Shown piece by piece: positions 54,521 to 63,828 of a stretch of DNA of 64,000 nucleotides. The translations under genes and the position numbers were made by a program. The notes below the pieces were generated by a model. The model saw nothing but the letters and a program-made list of their open reading frames with translations. It was not told the DNA's origin and did no database searches. Source of the DNA: a bacterium (GTDB taxonomy: Bacteria; Patescibacteriota; Patescibacteriia; Patescibacteriales; JAKAJF01); assembly GCA_021788015.1 (NCBI GenBank), contig JAJYLD010000003.1:33772-97771 (forward strand). The letters run 5' to 3'. Position 1 is the first letter of the stretch. Each line of letters opens with the position of its first letter.

Positions 54521-55417
54521 TCAAAATCCATCGGTTATTGAAAATTGGTTATTGGCATGTTGGTTATTGGTTATTTCTCCATATACTTCTTCCAGTAACT
54601 CCAAATCCTTATTGCTCTTTTTCAGTAAATCGAGATTTTTGTTCCGCAAGCTTTCAAAAAATTTTTCTCCGAGTTCGTCGCCGACGATTTCTTTGTATAA
54701 ATTAAAAAAAGCTTCGTAATCTTTTATGAAACAATGGCCGCCCGCTCCCCTGCCCGATTGATGAATCGGTTCCATGTGGCTTTTCCCGATACGGGCATCG
54801 GCGGCGATCATGTCGCGGATATTTTTCCAATCGCAGCCCAATTCTTCGGCCAAGTCATGAAGCAAGTTCGCGTAAACCACTTTTGTGTACAAAAAAACAT
54901 TCGAGCCGTATTTTATCAGTTCCGCTTCTTTGGCCGGACAAATCAATTTAAACGGCGATTCGGGCAAAACATCCATGACTTCCTCCGCCTTTTTTCGATA
55001 TTCTTCGTTGTCGACGGGAATGCCGATTATGTTTCGCGAGGGATGGGCGGCGTCGTAAGCGGCCGTCGCTTCGACTAAGAACTCCGGAGAATGCATGACA
55101 AAAATTTCCGGATTTTCTTTTTGGAATTTTTCCGTCGTTCCGGGCAGAATCGTCGATTTGATCACGGCCGTTTTCCCCTTGCCGATATTTTTTAACGCAT
55201 CCTTTACATAAGAATCATTAAAAACATTTTTAATCGTCGGCGTGGGTACGGCGATAAAAACGATATCGCAATCTTTTATTTTTTCTTTGTTTCGGACATA
55301 CGGCTCTTCGAGTGAATAACGCGTAACATCAAAACCGCGATTCTCGAAATCGTCGGCGTAATTTTTTCCTATCCAACCCTGGCCGATGAAACCGATTTTT
55401 AACTTGGAATTAGCCAT
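54521..55417 (-). CDS. UDP-glucose/GDP-mannose dehydrogenase family protein, short form (298 aa)
   Basis: IGFIGQGWIG, IAVPTPT, IKSTILPGTT, SPEFL.E..A, catalytic-Cys motif GAGGHCFIKD; lacks usual C-terminal domain. Confidence 0.68.
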   Translation of the reverse strand: MANSKLKIGFIGQGWIGKNYADDFENRGFDVTRYSLEEPYVRNKEKIKDCDIVFIAVPTPTIKNVFNDSYVKDALKNIGKGKTAVIKSTILPGTTEKFQKENPEIFVMHSPEFLVEATAAYDAAHPSRNIIGIPVDNEEYRKKAEEVMDVLPESPFKLICPAKEAELIKYGSNVFLYTKVVYANLLHDLAEELGCDWKNIRDMIAADARIGKSHMEPIHQSGRGAGGHCFIKDYEAFFNLYKEIVGDELGEKFFESLRNKNLDLLKKSNKDLELLEEVYGEITNNQHANNQFSITDGF

Positions 55418-55576
55418 AAAATAAAAAAATGAGATTTCCTAAAAAGTCCCTTATTTCATCTCAATTATCCCATTTTCAAGCATACAAGTCAACCTTTCTT
55501 TTCACGTAACGCATAGCTAAAATAATGCGTATACACAAAATTTAGCGAGCACAGAAAATTGATAAACATTATACAT

Positions 55577-55714
55577 TCAAAACACCAATGGGTTTGGGGG
55601 CGGAATTGAGCGTCAAGGCGAGAGAATTTAAGATAAATCAATGTGATAGCGAATTGGAGTCCCCAAAACTTTTTGCCTACTTTTTGGTTACAAAAAGTAG
55701 GGCCTAGCGCAGCG
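55577..55714 (+). repeat. three-copy structured element, copy 3 (candidate ncRNA)
   Basis: same blocks; GGGGGC pairs with GTCCCC (G-U only if + strand RNA). Confidence 0.55.
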
Positions 55715-55715
55715 A

Positions 55716-56828
55716 CTAATTTTTATATAAATTTCTATACCCTAAAAACGTATTTTTTATAGAAAAAGAGTTTGATTTTTCAAGATTCATCTCTCGCGCT
55801 TTTTGCAAATTTCCGGAATCAGTCAACTTTTTAAACTTTTCAAAAAAATCTTTTTCATTTTCAAGCGCGTATAGCTGCTCTTCCGATAAAAGTTCACGAT
55901 TCCCTCCGACATCGCTCGCCAGAACCGGCAAGCCGGCGGAAAGAGCTTCGAGCAAAACGATGGGAAGCCCTTCGTAACGGGAAGTCAAAACAAACATGTC
56001 GAAAACTTTTATATAACTATGGGCGTGATCATTTCTTATTAAAAAAATTTTATTTCCCAGATTCATGTCCTTGATTAATTTTTCGCAACTCGCCCCGTTC
56101 GGACCGTCGCCGAAAATGATTCCGATCGCGTTCTCTTTTATTTTTAAAATTTCCGGAAACGTCTTAATGAAAAATTCGTAATTTTTCTGATACGAAAGCC
56201 TGCCGACGGAACCGATGATGAATTTCCCGCCTAAATTTAATTTTGTTTCCCGCTCGAGATATTTTATGGCTTCCTCGCTCCCGAGAAAATTCAACTCTTC
56301 AAGTCCGTTGTAAATTACCGTTCCTCTCTTCGCCAGCTTTTTTCTAAGAGCGATTTCAAAATTACTTCGGCTCACAAAAACGGATTCGTCGACGAATAAA
56401 AGCAAAAATTTAAAAAGGAAAAAATAAAACCATCTTGAAAAAAACGGCGCTTGATAATTTTCATCGAGCATGGAAAGTCCTCGAAACGTAAAAACGGTTT
56501 TCGGTTTTGTTTTTGCCATCTTTGCGCCCATGCTTCCAAAAAGGGCATTCGAACTATTAAAATGAACGGCATCGAATTTATTTTTATCCAAAAAATTTTT
56601 TAATTCGAAAATAAAAAAAACGTTCGAGAAAAAATTTCGCGACCGCTTTAGCCGTTTGAATTGGTGGTAAGGAATTTTATTTTTTTCGAGTTCGTTTTTT
56701 AAAAAATCACCCTCGCCGAAACCGACTTCCATATCGACTCCGTTCCGAATCCCTTCTTTGGCCAGATTTAAGACCGAAACCTGCGCGCCTCCGATGTCTC
56801 CTTTTGTGATGACGATTAAAACTTTCAT
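55716..56828 (-). CDS. glycosyltransferase family 1
   Basis: YEGLPIVLLEALSAGLPVLASDVGG motif. Confidence 0.85.
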   Translation of the reverse strand: MKVLIVITKGDIGGAQVSVLNLAKEGIRNGVDMEVGFGEGDFLKNELEKNKIPYHQFKRLKRSRNFFSNVFFIFELKNFLDKNKFDAVHFNSSNALFGSMGAKMAKTKPKTVFTFRGLSMLDENYQAPFFSRWFYFFLFKFLLLFVDESVFVSRSNFEIALRKKLAKRGTVIYNGLEELNFLGSEEAIKYLERETKLNLGGKFIIGSVGRLSYQKNYEFFIKTFPEILKIKENAIGIIFGDGPNGASCEKLIKDMNLGNKIFLIRNDHAHSYIKVFDMFVLTSRYEGLPIVLLEALSAGLPVLASDVGGNRELLSEEQLYALENEKDFFEKFKKLTDSGNLQKAREMNLEKSNSFSIKNTFLGYRNLYKN

Positions 56829-56976
56829 CTCTTTTTAGAGGTAAACATGTTTAAATTTTTCGTTTCAAAAACATGTTTCAAGTTAAATAACCCGCCGGAA
56901 GTAAAATTTTATGAAACCTCTAACGGGATTCATACCCCTAAATTATGGGCTAAAAAAGAAGAAAAGTCAATGAATT

Positions 56977-58101
56977 TCAAAAATTGACGGTAAGAGGCGA
57001 GCCCAATCCGGTCACATAATCGTAATGCCTGCGCGCGTGGCAAAAATAGCCGCAATCGCCGTTCGTTCCGTTTCGAATGTCGCGAAAATAATAGCCGTCT
57101 TTACCCGAAGCCTTGTCAAAATAAAATCTGTCATTATCCGCCGCCAGCCCAAGCGCTTTGATCGCGGCCCACTGCGGGGCGCCCGCGCTGGTTCCGCCGA
57201 CCGTGTACCAATTTTTTTTAGATTTGCCGCTAGAACGATAAACCGGAAATCCCGAGCGCGGATCGGCGTCATAAGATACATCAGGAACGGCGCGATGGCC
57301 GTTCGCTTTGGTTACGGAATAATTCATTTGATAGAGCGGCTCCGGTTCGTAAGCGCTGACGCCCCCGCCGCTTCCCGCCCAAGCGGTTTCGGACGATAGT
57401 TTTCCATTTTTGGAAAAATTCAAATGCGTTCCGCCCACCGCGACCACGTTCGGCGAGGCCGCCGGCCAACTTACGCCCGTTCCATTGTCTCCCGATGAGG
57501 CAAAAAAAGTGATTCTTCCGTTCGAATCCTTGAAGTGGTTGTCAAGATTGGCTTCGTCCGGAAACTCGGCTCCGCCCCAACTCATGGAAATGGCGACTAC
57601 ATCCGGTCGCGCGCGCGCGTAATCAACGGCTTTAAGCAAATTGATTCCGCTCGGCGTTTTCGCTTCGACTAAAAGAATTCTCGCTTCGGGCGCGATTGCG
57701 TGCGCCCATTCGACATCAAGAGAGGTTTCGAGCGCCCAGTCTGCGTCATGTTTCGTTTTACTCATTATGTGTTTTTCAAAACATCCATTTTTTGAAGTGC
57801 AGGCCGGCAATTTGAATTGTTTGCTGAAAATATTCAAATCTTTTTCAATGGCGGCATCGTCATACGCGCCGATGAGAGCGATAGTGCCGCGGCCGCCGTT
57901 TGTCGGAAGATTGTAAGCGGCCTTAGTTTGGGCCGGTGTCAATCCGCTCGGATGGTCGCTTGCTCCGCCGAATTGATGAATCGGAGGACGGCCTCTGAAA
58001 TTCGCGAAGCGATAAGCCGCTTTAACTTGAGTTACCGGAAAAATCAAAATTGTTGATAGCATGACCACGACGATTTTTAAACCAAAATGTTTTTGAAGCA
58101 T
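56977..58101 (-). CDS. secreted S53 (sedolisin/kumamolisin-like) serine peptidase without prodomain
   Basis: signal peptide; ETSLDVEWAHAIAP, SSGDNGTG, GGTSAGAPQWAA motifs; start trimmed to MLQKHFG, 4 nt after upstream stop. Confidence 0.8.
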   Translation of the reverse strand: MLQKHFGLKIVVVMLSTILIFPVTQVKAAYRFANFRGRPPIHQFGGASDHPSGLTPAQTKAAYNLPTNGGRGTIALIGAYDDAAIEKDLNIFSKQFKLPACTSKNGCFEKHIMSKTKHDADWALETSLDVEWAHAIAPEARILLVEAKTPSGINLLKAVDYARARPDVVAISMSWGGAEFPDEANLDNHFKDSNGRITFFASSGDNGTGVSWPAASPNVVAVGGTHLNFSKNGKLSSETAWAGSGGGVSAYEPEPLYQMNYSVTKANGHRAVPDVSYDADPRSGFPVYRSSGKSKKNWYTVGGTSAGAPQWAAIKALGLAADNDRFYFDKASGKDGYYFRDIRNGTNGDCGYFCHARRHYDYVTGLGSPLTVNF

Positions 58102-58105
58102 ATTT

Positions 58106-61100
58106 TTATTGATTTTCAAACGCCGACGCGACCCAGCCGCCACAATCAAAATTATCGGTTGCGTCTTGCCCTTTTCCGTCCGGATTTAGATAATAAGTCG
58201 GTCCGGTTTCGCTTCCCCACCAATTATATTTCGCGTCAATCGGATCGGCGAGACCGTAATACGCGTCAGACACGCCATGACCATTACCGGAAAAATTATT
58301 GTAGTTGATAACGGGCGCGGAATTGTCGGCCACGGCGATTCCGGCGCCGTTGTTGTAAAAATTATTATGGACAATGACCGGATTGGCGCTTCCATGCGCG
58401 GCAACCGCCGTACCGGAAAAATCGGAAAAGGTATTGTGGCTGAATTTAGTCGGACTGGAAGAAGATGAGGTTCGAAAATCTATGCCGGCAAGATTATACG
58501 CGAATCGAGAATGGATTATTGTATCATTTCCGTTATTTTCAAAAACCATGGTCCCGGTATGGGCCGCGCCTCCGTATTTAACAATGGCATGATCGAAATC
58601 AATCGTGCCGTTAATCGTCATTCCTCCCCAATAATTTCCCGATACGGCATCGCTTCTATAAGAATAATCAAAAGGAGCGCCATCGGAAACGGAAGTAAAA
58701 ATTATCGGATTTTTTTCCGTGCCATTCGCCCTGATAGCGCCGGAGACGTAAAGCGTGACCGGCATGATAAACCATTGTCTTTGGTATGGAGGCCCGAATT
58801 TTATGACAACCCCAGGCTCGATCGTTAAAACGCTGCCCGGCGGAATCGTGGAATCATATCCGATGTAATATGGATTATTGTCCGGAGTCAATGTCTGGGT
58901 AACGATATTGTACGCCCAATCTCTTTTTAATTCGGTTAATTTTTCAGTTGCGGGGGATGTCTTTACGCTAATAATATTGGACGGAAGCGACCAGTTTTTC
59001 CCGTTGAATATTCTTACGCCGAAACAGTATCGGGTCTCCGGGTTTAAATTTTGCACAACCGCTTCTTGTCCGACGCCGGCACCGCTCGCTGGCGCGGAGA
59101 CATCTTCGGCCGAGAGAGACGTTCTCCAATTTCTAATCAAATCGCATTCGCCGGCGCTTTCGAGATAGCGAATTTCATAAAACGCTCCTTCGCCGACATT
59201 GCCATTAGCGGTCGAAGTCCAAGCCAATTTTATCGTTGAAGAAGATACGCCGGAATACACGGGAGTCAAATCGGTTATTTCTCCCGGAATAACGGGAGCG
59301 GCATCTCCGGGTTCGGACGGCGAATCGGAATTTTTTGGAACGGCGTTTCCCGACATGATAAAATCGTTTTGATTGTCGTTTTGATCATAACCGTTGCCGG
59401 ACCATTCTTCTCTTCCGCCCCGCCCCAATGAATCCGCGGTTGAGGTCGCGGAAGCCTTTCTTATCAAAACGTAACCGGCAGTGGGATTATCGGCCAGCGT
59501 TCCTTCGTAATCGACCGCTTTCCCCATTCCGATTTTGTCCACGGTCGAACTGCCATTGTACAAGATAGCCGTATTGTCATCGCTTACGGAATAACTGCCG
59601 CCGGAATAAACCGCATCGGGAATGACTTTTCCCGAATAACCGGAAGGATGGACGATGAGAAAATAAGAGCGGGACTTGATGCGAGCGTCTCCGAAATCGG
59701 AAACCAAATTGTATTCTTTTCCGCTCGCCGTTTCTCTTTTTAATCTGTAACCGGCCAGATTCACGTCCGAATCTGTCGGATTATATAATTCCACAAATTC
59801 GTCATCGGCCGTTTGCCCGGCGATTTGAATTTTGCTTATGACAACGTGGTCGGCAATTTCAGAATCAAAACTCGTTTCACTTTCATTGCTCCAGTCGCCC
59901 AAGTTTCCCGCTTTGTCTTTCGCGCGCACGCGGAAATAAATTTTGCTTTTTGCGGGAACATCAATATCAAAATACGCATCCGTGTTTGAAGCGGAAAGCC
60001 AATCCTGCCAATCGCCGTCTCCGATTTTGTATTGGACATCATAGGCGATAATTCCGCTGCTCGACGCTTCCGACGAATCGTCGCCCGCCCACTTCACTTT
60101 GAATCCGGGCACGTAATATTTCGGTTCCAAATCAAGCACGGTTGAAGTCGGAGCGGAAAAATCGGTTATCCAGGAAGTGGACGCGATTTCGCTTTCATTG
60201 CCGATTTCGTCCGCGCCTTTGACGGCAAAATTATTTTCACCTTCGTTCAAATTTTCGAAAGTCACGGTCGCCTCGCATGTTTGCCATTCACCCCCGTTCA
60301 ATTTGCATTCGTAATTCGCCTGTTCGTCCGCGTAAAACGCGAAAACCGCTTCGGTCGAGCTTGAAAATTCGTCCGGCCTTTTCGTGAAAATTATTTTCGG
60401 GGCTTGCGTGTCGATACGCCAGGAAAAAGACGACGGGGCGGAATCGGTTTGATTTGAAGAATCGGCCGCCTTTACTTCAAGGACATGGTCTCCGTCGGGC
60501 AGAGAAAAATTTTCTTCGCCATTTGAATTATGCCAGCCTCCTCCGTCCAAATTGAATTGAAATTTATTTTTTCCGACCGAAGAAAATTTAAAATGCGCCA
60601 GGGATGAACCGGAAATTTTGTCGGGATGCGCGGTTACGATCGTTTCCGGCAGTTCATCGGTTTGACCGATATTTATAATCGGTCCCGACCATCCGGAAAC
60701 GGGAAAAACGAACGGAATCGTTCCTTTGCTTTCCAAATTTTTTTCTTTTTTCGGCGCGGCGGGTACGGGTTTGATTTTCGCGCCCTCTTTTCCGCCCGTG
60801 TCGGCGTCTCCGGAAGAAGTTGTCGGTTTTCCGTTATTTGTATTCGTTTCGGTCGTTTCATTTTTTGCCGCTGTCAAGTTTGCTGCGGGTTCAATTTTCG
60901 CCGCCAAATTTGCCGGTTCGGGTTGCGTTTCTCCTTGCGCTTTTTTAGGCGTAAAGACATCATTTATTTTTATCGGATTCTGAACCGAGTTTATGATTTC
61001 GTTCGAAGTCGTTAGACCTTGTTTTGCGACTTGAGTGATAATGTCTTTGTTGGCGGCGGTAAAAAATCCTAGGCCGGTCAGAACTTTTTGGCCAATTTCT

Positions 61101-62083
61101 TTGGCATTATCCCAACCTTTTTGAATAGTGGCCAATTCAATATCTCCCGCAGTATATTTTGTATTCTCCCAAAAATCGGAAGCGTTATTTTTCATCTTAT
61201 CCCAAAAACTTAAATTTTCATTTTGTTTCTCTTTGTCTATCCCGGCAAATTTTTTTACAAAATAGTCAATCGCCCCCGCGCTATATCCAACCGCTTTGGG
61301 GTAAAGCATGTTCCAGTAGTCGAGATGAACTTTAAAATTATCTAGTTCATATACAGGCAATAGCCCTGTTCTATCCACTAAAAGCAATTTATATTTTTTA
61401 CCACCCAAATCTACCATCAGAAATTCATTATTTCCATCTAATTTAAAATAGGTATTTTGTGTTTTGCTTAAATTAATTGTATCTTTGCTAAAAAAATTAT
61501 AATGAGAAAAGCTGGCCATGCTATCAAAAACTCCGTTTAAATCTTTAACAGGAATAAAATTCACTTTAGTCAAATCAACTATGCCGTTTTGCCTAGCCCA
61601 TCCTTCAAAAGGATCTCCTTCCGGGTGCGCGTCATTGCGAGTATGCGCGGGCACACTCATGTCCTGAATCAAATGCAAAATATGTCCTATTCCTTCGTAA
61701 GCCCTTTTATAATTCCCTTCTTGATAATTCTTTAAAATTGTCGATTCGGAATAATCTCCTTCAAAAGAAATCAAACCGCTTTGATTCTGCGCCCATTCTT
61801 TCGCCGACAGCCCCTTAAAACCACTGTCATCTAAACCGCTGCCAGTTTCAGGGTTATAAAAATGATTTATATATCTTGGATCCGCATCTTCAGCTATGGA
61901 ACCTTGAACAATCCAATTAATTTGTTCGTCAGTCAGCTTCCCGCCGGCATGTTTATTAAAAATTTCGATGGCAACGCTACTTATTTTAGGGTGAGTGATA
62001 ATATTGTCATAGCCCCATACTTGCCACGCCGGAAATAAAAGAAGAGTAACAACAAATAAAATTTTTGTTTTTCTTAAAATCAT
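58106..62083 (-). CDS. 1325-aa secreted multidomain protein: Zn-dependent phospholipase C-like domain, Pro/Thr linker, Ig-like repeats, lamin-tail domain, Fn3, right-handed beta-helix
   Basis: signal peptide; W..TH...HFYNP...GNYKRAYEGIGHILHLIQDMSVPAH matches alpha-toxin N-domain zinc ligand pattern; DEFVELYNPT (LTD); PbH1-like repeats near C-terminus. Confidence 0.85.
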   Translation of the reverse strand: MILRKTKILFVVTLLLFPAWQVWGYDNIITHPKISSVAIEIFNKHAGGKLTDEQINWIVQGSIAEDADPRYINHFYNPETGSGLDDSGFKGLSAKEWAQNQSGLISFEGDYSESTILKNYQEGNYKRAYEGIGHILHLIQDMSVPAHTRNDAHPEGDPFEGWARQNGIVDLTKVNFIPVKDLNGVFDSMASFSHYNFFSKDTINLSKTQNTYFKLDGNNEFLMVDLGGKKYKLLLVDRTGLLPVYELDNFKVHLDYWNMLYPKAVGYSAGAIDYFVKKFAGIDKEKQNENLSFWDKMKNNASDFWENTKYTAGDIELATIQKGWDNAKEIGQKVLTGLGFFTAANKDIITQVAKQGLTTSNEIINSVQNPIKINDVFTPKKAQGETQPEPANLAAKIEPAANLTAAKNETTETNTNNGKPTTSSGDADTGGKEGAKIKPVPAAPKKEKNLESKGTIPFVFPVSGWSGPIINIGQTDELPETIVTAHPDKISGSSLAHFKFSSVGKNKFQFNLDGGGWHNSNGEENFSLPDGDHVLEVKAADSSNQTDSAPSSFSWRIDTQAPKIIFTKRPDEFSSSTEAVFAFYADEQANYECKLNGGEWQTCEATVTFENLNEGENNFAVKGADEIGNESEIASTSWITDFSAPTSTVLDLEPKYYVPGFKVKWAGDDSSEASSSGIIAYDVQYKIGDGDWQDWLSASNTDAYFDIDVPAKSKIYFRVRAKDKAGNLGDWSNESETSFDSEIADHVVISKIQIAGQTADDEFVELYNPTDSDVNLAGYRLKRETASGKEYNLVSDFGDARIKSRSYFLIVHPSGYSGKVIPDAVYSGGSYSVSDDNTAILYNGSSTVDKIGMGKAVDYEGTLADNPTAGYVLIRKASATSTADSLGRGGREEWSGNGYDQNDNQNDFIMSGNAVPKNSDSPSEPGDAAPVIPGEITDLTPVYSGVSSSTIKLAWTSTANGNVGEGAFYEIRYLESAGECDLIRNWRTSLSAEDVSAPASGAGVGQEAVVQNLNPETRYCFGVRIFNGKNWSLPSNIISVKTSPATEKLTELKRDWAYNIVTQTLTPDNNPYYIGYDSTIPPGSVLTIEPGVVIKFGPPYQRQWFIMPVTLYVSGAIRANGTEKNPIIFTSVSDGAPFDYSYRSDAVSGNYWGGMTINGTIDFDHAIVKYGGAAHTGTMVFENNGNDTIIHSRFAYNLAGIDFRTSSSSSPTKFSHNTFSDFSGTAVAAHGSANPVIVHNNFYNNGAGIAVADNSAPVINYNNFSGNGHGVSDAYYGLADPIDAKYNWWGSETGPTYYLNPDGKGQDATDNFDCGGWVASAFENQ

Positions 62084-62100
62084 TTTTGTTTACTTTCTAG

Positions 62101-62164
62101 ATTCCCGCTTCCCGCCTGCAACGTTATGCGCAGCAGTATCGCGGGTAGGTCGCGGGAATGACAA
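62101..62164. repeat. ATTCCCGC...GCGGGAATGACA hairpin carrying the 36-39 nt CCCGCCTGC..GCGGGYAGG module
   Basis: attcccgcttcccgcctgcaacgttatgcgcagcagtatcgcgggtaggtcgcgggaatgaca; 1 nt below stop at 62165. Confidence 0.7.
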
Positions 62165-62674
62165 TTATATAGAATCAATTTCCCAATAACCATTAACATT
62201 TTTGATAAACTCAATTGGATGCGCCATTGTATCTGTTTTATTTGTGGAATTATAGTAATGATAAGAAGCAAAATTTCCCAGCACATTATCTTGATTAATC
62301 ATCACGGGAAATCTCTTTACCCATGCATCAAATTTTTCCTTATCCTGAAACGCTTGTTTATATTCTTCTCTGTGTTTTTCCGTAATTAAACTCAACGCTC
62401 CTTCTGTATTATTTTTTAATAAATCATCCCTAAACGCCGCATACACTTCTTCCGGCGTGTTTTTTGCCGGCGCTTCGTAATATTGCGGAGGAAACTTTTG
62501 GCTTAATTCTTCTTTTGTGTACCACCGCCCGTCCCATTTAACCAAATCTCCCCGATTGATTTGAATTTTGGTATAAATTAAAAAGAAAACCGCGACGACA
62601 ACCAAAAAAAGTGTCGCCACCCCAAAAACTTTTAAAATCATTTTTATCGCATTGGTTATTTCTTCTTCTTTCAT
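62165..62674 (-). CDS. membrane-anchored hypothetical protein (169 aa)
   Basis: single N-terminal TM helix, soluble C-terminal domain; upstream of the giant protein gene. Confidence 0.55.
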   Translation of the reverse strand: MKEEEITNAIKMILKVFGVATLFLVVVAVFFLIYTKIQINRGDLVKWDGRWYTKEELSQKFPPQYYEAPAKNTPEEVYAAFRDDLLKNNTEGALSLITEKHREEYKQAFQDKEKFDAWVKRFPVMINQDNVLGNFASYHYYNSTNKTDTMAHPIEFIKNVNGYWEIDSI

Positions 62675-62760
62675 AATAAAATTAAAAATACGGGAATTTA
62701 GTTATCCCCAGTTTAATTTAATTTTAAAACATTCGAGATAAAATTTTTCTAAAAACGAAA

Positions 62761-62820
62761 CCCCCTCCCGACTGGGAGGGGGTTAGGGGGGGCTGGTCAG
62801 GAAAGGGCGAGGGGCGAGGT
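62761..62820. repeat. G+C-rich palindromic repeat unit
   Basis: ccccctcccgactgggagggggttaggggggg...gggcgaggggcgagg. Confidence 0.65.
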
Positions 62821-62849
62821 TTCTTTAAAAGAAAAAGCACCGAAAAAAT

Positions 62850-63584
62850 TTATTCGGTGCCGAGCCATTTGTGAATTGCATATGCCACAACTTCCCGCCC
62901 TGGCTCAAAGGGCAAAAAATGTCCGTGCCTCGGAAAAACCCTCACGTTCCCCTCATAATAATCGGCGATCTTCTTGCCGATGGAGGGCGGGACGAATTTG
63001 TCGTCCCGAGCGATGACGTGAAGAATCGGGCACTCTATAGCGTCCGCCTTCACCGCCATGGAAATCGTGAGCATTTGCAAGGCGGCGAACCCCTTTTCGC
63101 CCCGCATTTCTTCGTAAAGCTTGTGTCTTTGCTCTCCCGGGATGAACCCGAAGAAAAACTTTTCGGCGTCGGACCATGTGGGTTCAAATGTCCGGTCTCC
63201 CAGAATATCGAATGCATACTTCGGAAGTACGCGCAAGATATTCCAGTTCAGGAGCGGGATGCCCCGAGGAGGAACTGAACACATCAGAACCACCTTTCCC
63301 ACCACTTTCGGCCCCAACATCTCAGCCACCTTTTGAGCTATAAGTCCGCCCATAGAGTAGCCGATGATAATGACGGGGTCGTCGGAAGAGCGACGCTCTT
63401 CCTCTACCGCCAAAATGGCATTCTGAAGATAATTATAGAGATACGGCTCCTGCCGATCTCGATACAAATCGGGGATAATAACGTCGTACCACCCCAAGCT
63501 TATCAGCACTCTCGCGAATAAATACATCATCTCGGGGGTGCAGAATGAACCATGAAAGATAACGACCTTCTGTTTGCGGGGCAT
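62850..63584 (-). CDS. alpha/beta hydrolase
   Basis: nucleophile elbow GYSMGG; strong AAGGAGGGG RBS. Confidence 0.85.
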   Translation of the reverse strand: MPRKQKVVIFHGSFCTPEMMYLFARVLISLGWYDVIIPDLYRDRQEPYLYNYLQNAILAVEEERRSSDDPVIIIGYSMGGLIAQKVAEMLGPKVVGKVVLMCSVPPRGIPLLNWNILRVLPKYAFDILGDRTFEPTWSDAEKFFFGFIPGEQRHKLYEEMRGEKGFAALQMLTISMAVKADAIECPILHVIARDDKFVPPSIGKKIADYYEGNVRVFPRHGHFLPFEPGREVVAYAIHKWLGTE

Positions 63585-63739
63585 TTATTCCCCTCCTTAT
63601 TCGTATTTTAAAATAGCGCGAGTTAAAAACCCGATTTTTTATTATGAAGCATTTACTGCATTCTGTCAAGATTTTGCATAACGTATAACTCATAGCACGT
63701 AACAAATTATTAAAAATATGCGAGCACAGAAAATTTAGT

Positions 63740-63828
63740 GGAATTTTTTGCTGAAAGCGAGGAAAAGACGATTTCACTGTTTGAGCGGAGCGAGTTTGAA
63801 ATCGTCCCGAGCGAAAGCAAAAAATTCC
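63740..63828. other. nested long hairpin in 375-bp non-coding region
   Basis: ggaattttttgct/agcaaaaaattcc (13 bp) enclosing gacgatttca/tgaaatcgtc (10 bp). Confidence 0.6.

Noticed and set aside
62080-62286. 68-aa ORF spanning the hairpin repeat and the 3' end of the 62165..62674 gene
   Set aside because: It overlaps a better-supported gene and the 62101-62164 repeat, so it is likely spurious.
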